DNA of 54,328 nucleotides. Origin: Candidatus Bathyarchaeia archaeon. Lineage in GTDB: Archaea > Thermoproteota > Bathyarchaeia > Bathyarchaeales > Bathycorpusculaceae. Position numbers and translations under genes: made by a program. A model generated the notes under the pieces. It was not told where the DNA came from. It worked only from the letters and a program-made list of their open reading frames with translations, and searched no databases. Below, one piece after another: positions 41,894 to 51,578 of this stretch (position 1 is the stretch's first letter; each line of letters begins with the position of its first letter). The DNA is taken from contig JBEKTQ010000025.1 in NCBI GenBank assembly GCA_049515895.1, forward strand, positions 1 to 54,328. The letters are read 5' to 3'.

Positions 41894-42060
41894 ACCCTTC
41901 ATTTTATTTTTGGTTTAAATCAAATAAGTTTGATTTTTCTAATTTACATCGACAATCTTTGGCATGTCTTGTTTATTTGGTTCTGATTTGTTGTAGCGTC
42001 GTGACAGTCACAAGTGTGTATATTCTATCGTACTGAGTGCCTTTACTAAGGTGACAGTCA

Positions 42061-42228
42061 ATGGATCACCCCACGGAGAACTCCACTCTGTTACAGAAAA
42101 ATCTTCAAGAAAGGTCGAAAAGAGAGCGTTCAGAGGAAAGGCTTGAGCTTATTTCCTTGAAAGATGTGCCATTAGAAGTGAGGCGCCGGGAAGCAAGAGA
42201 ACCCTTGTTCCTAACGAGATACGAATAA
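42061..42228 (+). CDS. 55-aa hypothetical protein
   Basis: AGGTGA upstream of ATG; open frame MDHPTENS...FLTRYE. Confidence 0.45.
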   Translation: MDHPTENSTLLQKNLQERSKRERSEERLELISLKDVPLEVRRREAREPLFLTRYE

Positions 42229-42397
42229 ATCACGATCACTGACTTGAAAGGCTTTCTTATTCAATTCCTCTATGGGCAATGTTTTTCGGGCTTTGCCAAG
42301 GTCAATTTGGTCACAGTCGCATGGCTGTTGGCTACCCATTAAACGTGCGGTATGATTTTTATACTTGATTCTTTCAAAGAGAAGCAGGTGTTTGAAG

Positions 42398-43114
42398 TTG
42401 TTCAGGAGAAGCAAGGCTGATGAGATTTCCGCATTCTTTGCAATGCCACTTAGTAAGAATGAACTTTCCATGTTCTATTTGGGAGTATCAGGTTTCATCA
42501 TAAGAAGCCTCAGCCACGCGCTCTTAATTGACCCTGCTGGTATGCTTAAAGGCGACGAGCTCAGCGCATTGAAAGGTATCAATCTGGTTCTTTTTACGCA
42601 TGATCATTTAGATCATTTCTCATCAGGCAAAATGCGGGATATCTTCAAAGACACGGCTGCTCCTATTCTTGCCGAGCCAAAAGTGGCTAGGAAGCTCGAT
42701 GGAAAAATACCTGCTGAAAAACTCGTAAGTGCTGAAAACGGAAAAAACTACACTTTAGGCGATGTGGCTGTCAGAGCCATCCAGGGAATCCATCGAGGCC
42801 CAATAATGCTTTACCAGATAAAAATGGATGACTTGACGGTCTTCCACGGAGGCGACTCGGGGTACGTAAGCCTCAAAGACTGCCCCTCGAACGTTGCGAT
42901 TGTTCCTGTTGGCGGCATGTCACCAACGGCTTCACCTGAAAACGCCTACAAAATGGTAGTAGACGTTAAACCCGATGTTGCGATAGCCATGCATGGATCA
43001 GACAAACAGAAACAGCAGTTCGCAGAAAAAGTCAAAGAAACCATGCCTCAAGTGCCAGTCCACATATTGGAGCCCTTCACAGCAAAAACTGTGTCGCTTC
43101 AACAAAAACATTAA
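42398..43114 (+). CDS. MBL-fold metallo-hydrolase
   Basis: LIDP, THDHLDH, FHGGDS, AMHG. Confidence 0.9.
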   Translation: MFRRSKADEISAFFAMPLSKNELSMFYLGVSGFIIRSLSHALLIDPAGMLKGDELSALKGINLVLFTHDHLDHFSSGKMRDIFKDTAAPILAEPKVARKLDGKIPAEKLVSAENGKNYTLGDVAVRAIQGIHRGPIMLYQIKMDDLTVFHGGDSGYVSLKDCPSNVAIVPVGGMSPTASPENAYKMVVDVKPDVAIAMHGSDKQKQQFAEKVKETMPQVPVHILEPFTAKTVSLQQKH

Positions 43115-43215
43115 CCCGCAAAAAAGGAGTACATGCTTTTTTCTTCACGTTGTGGCGGTTAGAGCGTAAGTGAAATAAGCCTGCGTTTATGGTATCGTAC
43201 TTTAAGGTTGACATT

Positions 43216-43941
43216 ATGTCTGGAGCAGAAACGTTGCTTCCCTATGTAAAGGACAGCAAAAAGCCTGGCGAAGAGCCAACAATCATAATTGATAGCCGTG
43301 AAGCCGGCAGCGCCGAAAAAATTGTGAGGGGCTTAGTTGACCGTGGCGTCAACGTCAAAAAGCAGATGCTGGAGAAAGGCGACTACGTGCTCTCTGACCA
43401 ATGCGCGGTTGAACGCAAGACTGTTAACGACTTCGTTTATACTTTGACAAGACGCTACCTTTTCGAACAACTTTTTAGCCTAAAAGAGGCATATCCAAAG
43501 TCGCTTGTTGTGCTAGAAGGCTATTTGCCTATAATCTACAAGTTCAGCAACATTCAGCCCAGCGCGATTTGGGGAGCAATGTTTAACTTGGCGAAGAACG
43601 GCATCTCCATAGTTAACACGGCAAACCAGAAGGAAACAGTTGATTTCCTTTACACAGCTGCCAAACAAGAGCAGATTGTAGAAAAGAGAAGCCCGGTGGT
43701 CCACGCTTTCAAGAAGTGTGACACCATTTCCGACGCTCAGGTCTATTTTATCGCCAGCCTACCAAACATCGGTAGGGAAAAGGCCGTGGCTATTCTTGAA
43801 TCCTACCAAACGCCGCTGAACGCACTAATTAACGCGGACGATTGGTTGAAATCAGTGAATGGGCTAGGACCAGTAATAACCAATAAGGTAAAAGAGGTTT
43901 TAAGCACACCATACAAGGACAAAACATGCGTGGACACTTAG
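43216..43941 (+). CDS. xpf: XPF/ERCC4 structure-specific endonuclease (short form with HhH2)
   Basis: IDSRE, GDY, VERKT..DF, LPNIG and VNGLG HhH motifs. Confidence 0.9.
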   Translation: MSGAETLLPYVKDSKKPGEEPTIIIDSREAGSAEKIVRGLVDRGVNVKKQMLEKGDYVLSDQCAVERKTVNDFVYTLTRRYLFEQLFSLKEAYPKSLVVLEGYLPIIYKFSNIQPSAIWGAMFNLAKNGISIVNTANQKETVDFLYTAAKQEQIVEKRSPVVHAFKKCDTISDAQVYFIASLPNIGREKAVAILESYQTPLNALINADDWLKSVNGLGPVITNKVKEVLSTPYKDKTCVDT

Positions 43942-44005
43942 CAGCTACATTTTCCGCTATCAGCTGTAAATTGATGCCTTAAGCGGTTGGTTTGGGCGCG
44001 AGGTG

Positions 44006-44156
44006 TTTTTGTTGTTTGTGTTTTGGGTTGGTTTTCTTGTTTTGGGCTTGATGCGTTTGCAGGTTGCGTTTTTTCCTGTTGTCTCCCGTTCCCCCGCGTT
44101 GATTCCCATTCATTCCCGTCCTTTTCCGTTTTTCCCCGTTCCTTTTCGACTTTTCT
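44006..44156 (-). repeat. Array+tail element D (same unit type as B, 9 units)
   Basis: Unit-by-unit match to 30861-30950 in reverse complement; TGCAGGTTGC at 44058. Confidence 0.9.
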
Positions 44157-44237
44157 TTTCAAGAAACCAGGCTGGGGTTCGAGCACAAAAGAAAGAGCAT
44201 GCATCATGAAAACGTATTAAGTATCGAACATGATTAA

Positions 44238-44747
44238 TTGACTTCAGGGTTTGATGAGATCATGAATGACTTGGCAGATCAACAAGTTGATGAGATAGCT
44301 CAAAAAATCATTGTAGAAGTAGAACACGCAAAGTCGAAAGATTTGGCAGGCTCCGACGAAATGATAAAGATTCTGCACTTGACAAACACACATAGCGCGA
44401 AAGCGTTGTTGGAGCACGCCGAAGAAGCTCCAACACAACATGAGCGAAACGTAGGGAAAAAGGCGGTGGTGGAAGCATTGTTAGTTTCAACTTGGCATAC
44501 AAGGCTTTACTTCATCATAAGATCATTCATTATGGGACTGCTTAGTGCGTCGTTGACTATTGTTTTTGTTTTGATATTTCACTCAATAACCCTAGCTTTG
44601 GACATTCCACTGGGTATTTTTTCATTTGTATTCTCGCTAGCTGTTTCTAGGCTGCTGGACGTGCAGATTGTGAAAGCAACGAAAGCCATAACAGATTACC
44701 TGAGTACTCACAACAGTTTGAGAAGCTTTATTCTCAACCATTTCTGA
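44238..44747 (+). CDS. Hypothetical 2-TM protein
   Basis: 169-aa ORF with a C-terminal hydrophobic pair. Confidence 0.7.
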   Translation: MTSGFDEIMNDLADQQVDEIAQKIIVEVEHAKSKDLAGSDEMIKILHLTNTHSAKALLEHAEEAPTQHERNVGKKAVVEALLVSTWHTRLYFIIRSFIMGLLSASLTIVFVLIFHSITLALDIPLGIFSFVFSLAVSRLLDVQIVKATKAITDYLSTHNSLRSFILNHF

Positions 44748-44928
44748 TCTGGTAACCACTTATTAGGACATTAGGGCAAACTCTTTGCTTTTTAACTTCG
44801 AGATCTACTGTGGATTTCAGAAATATTTGCGTTCTTGTTGCTGTAGTCATGCAATCACATAATTAAATATAATATAATCTGCTCAAGTTCAACCAAGCAA
44901 GCAATCAATATTTTGGCGTGAAAGAAAA

Positions 44929-45699
44929 TTGTCAAATACTGCAAAAAAACTTAAAATTTTTGTCTTGGTTTTGCTATCTTCAGCGCTTTTCGTTGCAGCC
45001 ATAAATTCAGGCGCGCTAACCGTGAAAGCCCAAGGGACAGATACTGTTGTAGTCTATTCTTCAGTTGGTGGAACAACCAGTCCCGACGCAGGAACATACA
45101 CTTACGCGGATGGTTCGACCCAAACATTTACCGCAACCGATGGTAACGGCTTTATTTTCCAATACTGGGAGATTGTCACTGCTGCTGGAGGCGTCACTTC
45201 CACCGATAACCCCTTAGACCTTATCCTAAACCAGAGTGCCTATGCTCTTCAAGCAACCTTTGAACCAATAATCTTCACCGGACCCGTAAACAAAACTATA
45301 GATATGTCGACCGACGCGATCGTCGTTGTTTTAGGAGCAGTCGGAGGAACAGTGAGCCCCGCACCAGGAACATACGCTTTAGCTAGCGCTACCACATTAA
45401 ATTTACTAGCAACTCCAACTAGCGGTTGGACTTTTAGCCACTGGATAATAGGTGGGACTCCCATGAACCACGGTGCATACTCATTCACAGACACTCCGAC
45501 AGATAACCCGTATAACGTTAACCACGGTTACGGAAACACTTACTCTTATCAGGCCGTATTCACCCCCACCAGCTCCTCATCGAGTTCACCAACACCTAAA
45601 GTACCAGAGTTCTCATCTGCAGCCGCAGCCTTGGTCGCAGCAATACTAGTAATCGTTGCATTCGGAGCGTACACATACACCAAGAAAACAAGAAAATAA
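44929..45699 (+). CDS. Surface protein with two divergent InlB B-repeat-like domains and a PEF-CTERM-like sorting signal
   Basis: GGT.SP..GTY...G..F..W twice; VPEF-TM-KKTRK. Confidence 0.8.
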   Translation: MSNTAKKLKIFVLVLLSSALFVAAINSGALTVKAQGTDTVVVYSSVGGTTSPDAGTYTYADGSTQTFTATDGNGFIFQYWEIVTAAGGVTSTDNPLDLILNQSAYALQATFEPIIFTGPVNKTIDMSTDAIVVVLGAVGGTVSPAPGTYALASATTLNLLATPTSGWTFSHWIIGGTPMNHGAYSFTDTPTDNPYNVNHGYGNTYSYQAVFTPTSSSSSSPTPKVPEFSSAAAALVAAILVIVAFGAYTYTKKTRK

Positions 45700-45968
45700 A
45701 ACCTCCTTTTCTTTTTTTGCAACCGAAAATGGCTACAAGTGTTTGGATTCCGCATCAGGAATCCTTTGTAATTTTTTCATCATTTAAGCGGCCTCCCCAC
45801 TTTAGCTGTCACGATGATGTTCCGTGCACAGCCAGTCCAACATTTTTCTCCCAACTTAAAATTTAAGTTCAAGCCTTCAAAGAGAACATTCATTCTGAAA
45901 AATAACAGTTTGCCTTGAAAAATTTGGGTAAGCTTAATAATCTTGGCAAGAGCCTCTTAATATCACAA

Positions 45969-46394
45969 ATGAACATCATAACATTGATTGCATCGCTAAG
46001 CCTCATCGTACAGATAGTAACTCTGTCAATAGTTATTTATGGATACATTTTGAAGAGGAAAACGAGGTTTGCTCAACATGGAACCTTAATGCTGGTTGCG
46101 GTTGCAATGCAGTTCGTCTCATTCATGTTAATCATGGGCCCTGCTTTTTTAGTAATAGTTGAAAATGGCTTTTCGCAAAAACCCATATTGATTTCTGCAG
46201 TTACCTTAGCTCACGTAGGTCTTGGCACCACAGCATTGGCGACGGGTATTTGGATAACAGGTTCGTGGCATCTCCAAACTTCAATCACAAATTGCATGAA
46301 AAAAAGTTACATAATGCGATACTTAATTGTTATCTGGATCCTGGCTTTATCCTTCGGGATCACCCATTACGTGCTGACTTACCTCATCACGTGA
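45969..46394 (+). CDS. 4-TM membrane protein (DUF420-like)
   Basis: H..LM in TM2, H in TM3, W...L..GI..Y. Confidence 0.65.
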   Translation: MNIITLIASLSLIVQIVTLSIVIYGYILKRKTRFAQHGTLMLVAVAMQFVSFMLIMGPAFLVIVENGFSQKPILISAVTLAHVGLGTTALATGIWITGSWHLQTSITNCMKKSYIMRYLIVIWILALSFGITHYVLTYLIT

Positions 46395-46556
46395 AGTTTT
46401 TCAAAACAAAAAGGGTAATCCCACCAAATATTCTTAGCCAGTATTACAGATTACAATAGTTTTCTTTGAAAGTAACAAGAGGATGTTGAGAAAGGTAGTT
46501 ATAAAGCCACAAACTCAGTAATAAGATAAAGCCAAGCTGTTTGTTTTACGCCGCTG

Positions 46557-48545
46557 GTGAGAATTTTGCCGAGGGAAATTGTGGTAGGTAATGGGCGAGT
46601 TTTAGTTGCTATTGACAGTCAAATGGCAATTAGAGACTTTTTTTACCCAAGAGTTGGCTTAGAAAACCACTTATCTGGACATTACTCCAGATTGGGAATC
46701 TGGGCAGATCGGAAGTTCTCATGGATTAGCGAGAATTGGGAAAGGAAAATCAAGTATTTGCCAGAGACTCTGGTAAGTCAATGCTCCGCAAGAAATCAGG
46801 ATGCAGATCTTGAGTTGGAAGTTAATGATGCCGTCCACAGCTCCTTAGACGCATATCTCCGCAAGGTTGTTATCAACAATATTGGAGCCAGAAGGCGCGA
46901 AGTCAGATTGTTTTTTTCCAATGACTTCCATGTCTACGGAGAAGACACAGGAGACACAGCAATGTATGAATCTACTCTAAATTCAATAGTTCATTACAAG
47001 CGGAAACGTTATTTCCTAATTGACGGGGTAACGGATCAGAATCTGGGTATTTATCAATATGCAACTGGACAAAAAGAATCATTTGGAAAAGAAGGCACTT
47101 GGAGAGATGCAGAAGACGGAGAACTGCAAGGGAATCCAATTGCCCAGGGTTCGGTGGATTCAACAGTTTCATTCAAACTTGAAATGGAACCCAATACAGC
47201 AAATACTATTTACTATTGGATTGCCTGCGGCAGAAACCTTGAACAAGCGAAGAACATAGACTCGATTGTAAGGAAAACAGGGGTCGAACAGCTGCTCCTT
47301 GAAACCGAGAACTATTGGAGCGCTTGGAGCAACACAAAGAAATTTAACTTAAATACATTACCGCGTGCTGTAGTACGACTTTTCAAGGAATCATTGCTAA
47401 TAATGCGTTCTCATGTTGACAATGGCGGAGGAATTATCTCATCTTGCGATTCTGACTTGCTCCAATTCAATCGTGACACGTACTCTTACGTGTGGCCGCG
47501 GGACGGAGCTATCATTGCAATGGCGTTTGACATGGCCGGCTTTCCAGAAGTGGCACGCATGTTTTTCACATTCTGCAACAAAATTATTAACGGAAATGGT
47601 TACTTCAATCACAAATACTCGCCAGATGGTTCTATAGGAAGCAGTTGGCTCGCGTTGATTGATGCTGATAGAAAAATACAATTGCCGATACAAGAAGATG
47701 AGACTGCACTTGTGTTGATTGGGTTGCACAAACACTTTCAAAAATATGGAGATTTGGAGTTCATATCCAAAGTCTATCCGAAATTAGTTTTGAACACCTC
47801 TGAGTTCTTGCTTAGTCATCGTGATCCCAAAACGGGCTTGCCCAAACCTTCTTTTGACCTCTGGGAAGAGAAAGCTGGCGTGTTTAACTCAACAGTGTCA
47901 ACAGTAATATCTGCTCTTCAGTCTGCAGCAGGATTTGCCAAAGTATTTTACGATAGTGAAAGACAGGAGAAGCTGTCAAACGCGAGTGCTGAAATGAAGG
48001 AAGCTATGCTTTTGAGACTTTATGATTCAAAAGCACGGAGGTTCAAAAAAGCACTCTATCCCACGGGAATTGAAGATTTGACTGTCGACAGTAGTGTTGC
48101 GTTGAGTTTTATCACTGGAGCTTTCTCAGCTTTTTCAGAGGAAGTAAGAAATAGTATGAACTCGGTGATTGACAAGCTATGGATAAAAACAAATACTGGC
48201 GGACTTGCACGTTATGAGAACGACGACTATTACAGAGTTACAAGAGAACTTCCCGGAAACCCCTGGGTCATTTGCACACTGTGGCTTGCCCGATGGTATA
48301 TTGCTACCGCCTTAACATTGGAGGAGCTAAACAGAGGATTAAGCATTCTAAGTTGGACAGCAAAATATGCATCACCATCTGGAATGCTTGCGGAACAGAT
48401 TAACCCGCATACGGGTAATCCACTTTCAGTGTCACCGTTGGTCTGGAGTCACGCAGAATTTGTTTTAGCGGTTTGTGAATATATCGAAAAACAAAAGGCG
48501 CTCTCCTTGATTCCTGAAAATAAATCCCAATGGAGTAAAGGATAA
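46557..48545 (+). CDS. Glycoside hydrolase family 15 (glucoamylase-like)
   Basis: YSYVWPRDG, QEDET, DLWEE, RYEND.Y, LAEQ, PLVWSHA. Confidence 0.92.
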   Translation: MRILPREIVVGNGRVLVAIDSQMAIRDFFYPRVGLENHLSGHYSRLGIWADRKFSWISENWERKIKYLPETLVSQCSARNQDADLELEVNDAVHSSLDAYLRKVVINNIGARRREVRLFFSNDFHVYGEDTGDTAMYESTLNSIVHYKRKRYFLIDGVTDQNLGIYQYATGQKESFGKEGTWRDAEDGELQGNPIAQGSVDSTVSFKLEMEPNTANTIYYWIACGRNLEQAKNIDSIVRKTGVEQLLLETENYWSAWSNTKKFNLNTLPRAVVRLFKESLLIMRSHVDNGGGIISSCDSDLLQFNRDTYSYVWPRDGAIIAMAFDMAGFPEVARMFFTFCNKIINGNGYFNHKYSPDGSIGSSWLALIDADRKIQLPIQEDETALVLIGLHKHFQKYGDLEFISKVYPKLVLNTSEFLLSHRDPKTGLPKPSFDLWEEKAGVFNSTVSTVISALQSAAGFAKVFYDSERQEKLSNASAEMKEAMLLRLYDSKARRFKKALYPTGIEDLTVDSSVALSFITGAFSAFSEEVRNSMNSVIDKLWIKTNTGGLARYENDDYYRVTRELPGNPWVICTLWLARWYIATALTLEELNRGLSILSWTAKYASPSGMLAEQINPHTGNPLSVSPLVWSHAEFVLAVCEYIEKQKALSLIPENKSQWSKG

Positions 48546-48850
48546 TGACTCTTTCTTTGTTGTGCAGAACAGAAGAGGTTGCTGAGAATGAGATAAAACA
48601 ATTCACTCTTAACGGAATCGAGTTACTTGTTATCAACCAAAACATGAAGTTTTACTGCTTGGCAGCGCGGTGTACCCATGCCGGAGCCCCTTTAGCGGAA
48701 GGCGAACTTGAAAATGGGGTACTACAGTGTCCTTGGCATGGCTCAAGATTTAGAATTGAGACTGGTGAAGTTGTCAGAGGGCCGGCTAAGAAACAGTTGC
48801 CCATATATTATATCACGGTCAAAGACAACAATCTCTTGGTAGAACTATAG
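48545..48850 (+). CDS. Rieske-type [2Fe-2S] ferredoxin
   Basis: CTH...CPWHGSRF...GPA. Confidence 0.92.
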   Translation: MTLSLLCRTEEVAENEIKQFTLNGIELLVINQNMKFYCLAARCTHAGAPLAEGELENGVLQCPWHGSRFRIETGEVVRGPAKKQLPIYYITVKDNNLLVEL

Positions 48851-48935
48851 GAACCCCACTTTAGGCAGTCTCAATTGACAGAGAACTCTTCTATGACAAG
48901 CTCCATGTGATACTCATTACAATCGGGGATTGGAG

Positions 48936-49010
48936 TGGGCCGGACCGGATTCGGACCGGCGACCTTCTGCACGTCAAGCAGATGTCCTAACCAGGCTAGA
49001 CGACCGGCCC
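48936..49010 (-). tRNA. tRNA-Val(GAC)
   Basis: Acceptor GGGCCGG/CCGGCCC; anticodon arm TCTGC-TTGACGT-GCAGA; T-loop TCCGAAT. Confidence 0.9.
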
Positions 49011-49212
49011 ACATTAGTGCCTTATTTTTTATGTTGTTTTCCTATATAGGCGCTTCGTCTCTGTGTTGCGTTGCCTATTGGGAAATCTTGCCTCTATTAA
49101 TCTATTTTCCTATTGCTTTAGAAACGAAATTGTTTTCAGGTTCAAGTTTTGTGGTTTGGCATCATAGGGGTTTTAAGTTACTGGTGAGTATATGGATTGA
49201 AAGGGTAGGGCT

Positions 49213-50463
49213 ATGGCAACTGATGAAGTACTTTCCTTACTTGTGGATTTCGTTAACAAGAACTCTGATGCTGCCGACGTTCAGTGGGACAGGCGTATGA
49301 GTCCCCGGTTGCTCTTTAACCCGTACTCGAAGAATTTTGAAGAACGAAAAATCATTGCACACTACTTTCTGCTTGTCGCGTCCATACTTGACGATACAGT
49401 TGTAGGTTACCCTGAGAACGCCCGTATGTTGCTTTCATACTTGCATGAGGCTTTCGGAAACACACTGTTCGAGATTAAGAAAGGGCATATTTTCGAGGAA
49501 GAAATTGTAAAATCAGATTTTTATTCTGATTTGGGTCCAAACAAGAAGGCGGCAGGTGAAATCATGGCTTCCGTTAACTTGTTTCTGAAGATCAACGCTG
49601 AAAGAAACCTGCTTAAGTATGCTCAAAGATTTAGAAAACCAAGCGACTTCATTGATGACATCGCCAAAAATGTCAAAGCTCTAAGCGGACCGCACATCGA
49701 CAAAGCTTGGATTTACATGCGTTGGATGGTTAGACCCGCACCCGACCTACAAATCTATGACCATCTCCTTCCCGAGGATCTCTACGTTCCGTTAACGAAG
49801 GAAAACGCCAACGTAGCGGCAAGTATAGGAATAATCGATTCCGCTTCCCCATCGCTCTGGCGAGACGAACATACTGCAGCTGTGGCGAGACAGAAAATAA
49901 CTGACTTTGCGAAACGACTTTACCCGCAGGATCCTGCCAAGGTTGATTACCCATTTTTCCTACTAGGCAGATGGCTGAGACAGAAAACCTTGAACAGGGT
50001 TACTTTGAAAACGGCGCTTGATTTTCTGGATCGCATGCAAAAAATAACAGGGCAATCTCAAGCTTACTATCAAAAGATGAGTCGTTACAAGAGCGGGTGG
50101 GAGAAAAAAACGGCGCTGACCCTTTTGAAAATGCATATCCCGTACGGTTACGAAACTATTAGCTTTCCTTTACCTAACAATGAAGTATATACTCCTGACT
50201 TTATCCTGGAGAAGAAGCTTCAGGGAAGGAAAATAATTCTTGAACCCCATTTTGAAATGACAAAGAGACAAGCCAGGAAATATGCACTGTTCAAGAGAAC
50301 CTATGGCCATGAATTTCTCTTGATTCTGCTGCTTAAGAATGACTTGATTCCCATGTATCATCAGAGGAAAATATTAACAGACGATGTTTGTGACGACGTG
50401 TGGCCGATTGAATTTATCCATTTGCTTGCTGAAAAAATCCGAAGAGGCACCTATGGCGAGTGA
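49213..50463 (+). CDS. DUF2400-like (HhH-fold) domain fused to a T7 endonuclease I-like PD-(D/E)xK domain
   Basis: KAWIYMRWMVR..PDL...VPL...DPAKVDY; C-terminal YKSGWEK...Y.YE...YTPDF.L...IILEPH. Confidence 0.7.
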   Translation: MATDEVLSLLVDFVNKNSDAADVQWDRRMSPRLLFNPYSKNFEERKIIAHYFLLVASILDDTVVGYPENARMLLSYLHEAFGNTLFEIKKGHIFEEEIVKSDFYSDLGPNKKAAGEIMASVNLFLKINAERNLLKYAQRFRKPSDFIDDIAKNVKALSGPHIDKAWIYMRWMVRPAPDLQIYDHLLPEDLYVPLTKENANVAASIGIIDSASPSLWRDEHTAAVARQKITDFAKRLYPQDPAKVDYPFFLLGRWLRQKTLNRVTLKTALDFLDRMQKITGQSQAYYQKMSRYKSGWEKKTALTLLKMHIPYGYETISFPLPNNEVYTPDFILEKKLQGRKIILEPHFEMTKRQARKYALFKRTYGHEFLLILLLKNDLIPMYHQRKILTDDVCDDVWPIEFIHLLAEKIRRGTYGE

Positions 50464-50526
50464 CTCGGATGCTAAATCGTTTTTGAGTGTCTTAATTAGG
50501 CCGGACAGCTTTGTATTCCTGACTTT

Positions 50527-50892
50527 ATGATGGCACAGGATAATTTCAAACCAGTAGCAGTTTGGCTAATACTTAATGGGAAAACTGAGGAAGCGGTTAC
50601 GTTGCTGGCTAAAAACTACAAGGTCAATGTTCCCAACCTTAAAGTGGGTTTACCGAAAGGTCACAAGGTTACTGCTTATGGCTGCTACACCGCGAAAAAT
50701 CATACTATTTCAGTATTAAACAGCGACGTGCTGACCAACCCTTTCGTAATTATTCATGAGTTCTATCATCACCTGCGCAGCAAAGCGGTGGACAAGATGC
50801 ATCGTGGAACAGAGAAAAACGCAGACAAATTTGCACGCGAGTTCCTCCTTGAATATGAAATGGCTGCGAAAAGAGCAAAGATTACTCAGTAA
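50527..50892 (+). CDS. Small HExxH metalloprotease-like protein (ImmA/IrrE-like)
   Basis: IIHEFYHH ... EKNADKFA. Confidence 0.7.
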   Translation: MMAQDNFKPVAVWLILNGKTEEAVTLLAKNYKVNVPNLKVGLPKGHKVTAYGCYTAKNHTISVLNSDVLTNPFVIIHEFYHHLRSKAVDKMHRGTEKNADKFAREFLLEYEMAAKRAKITQ

Positions 50893-51313
50893 AATCTTCG
50901 TCTGTTTCATCTTTGCCGATTGGAGCGGTAATCTGAATGGGTACTCTTTCGGTTTTGGCGTCGTACGCAGCCACGCAGTTTTGGCCTTCGAATGGGTACC
51001 CTACAATCATAAGGATTCTACCGAAAAAGTAATTCATGTCGACATGGCTGGGCGAAATGTTTCCTGAAGGATGCGAATGAACGGTGCCAACTAGTGAGAA
51101 ATCGCCTGAAAACATGTATGGGTTAAAATGTGCGAACCCTTTTCCATGGACAGCGAAGGGAGCCAAAACTAAGTCTGTTATTTTGATGACGCCTTTGTTT
51201 TTTTTGCCTCTTAAGAGCAGAAAACTTTCTCTAGGGTAAAGTTGCTTTGCGCCAGCATAAATGGTATCCAATATGTCCTTTGGGACCTCAATGATTGTCG
51301 GCTTTGCTGACAT
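50882..51313 (-). CDS. JAMM/MPN+ metalloprotease
   Basis: YPRE ... GTVHSHPSGNISPSHVD. Confidence 0.9.
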   Translation of the reverse strand: MSAKPTIIEVPKDILDTIYAGAKQLYPRESFLLLRGKKNKGVIKITDLVLAPFAVHGKGFAHFNPYMFSGDFSLVGTVHSHPSGNISPSHVDMNYFFGRILMIVGYPFEGQNCVAAYDAKTERVPIQITAPIGKDETDEDFTE

Positions 51314-51461
51314 GCCAAGAAAAGTGGCAGTTGTCAGTTAATTACTTTGCTTTGAAACCTGTAGCCATCGCCTTGGGAATGAAAAGTATGTCGGCAAAGG
51401 AATACGCGCAAACATTTTATTGTGGTAAGAACAGAGTAAGCGAATTGGCGCTGGGAATTGC

Positions 51462-51578
51462 GCCGGGATAATGCTTCAATATTATTGGGCATCCCGATGG
51501 CAGAGTGGTTAACGCGCGGGCCTTGAGAGCCCGTGGACCTTCTGGTCCGCATGGGTTCGAATCCCATTCCCGGCGCCA
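51462..51578 (+). tRNA. tRNA-Ser(TGA) with a 29-nt intron (51470-51498) at position 8/9; CCA encoded
   Basis: Acceptor GCCGGGA/TCCCGGC; anticodon arm CGGGC-CTTGAGA-GCCCG; long variable arm; BHB at the junctions. Confidence 0.88.
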
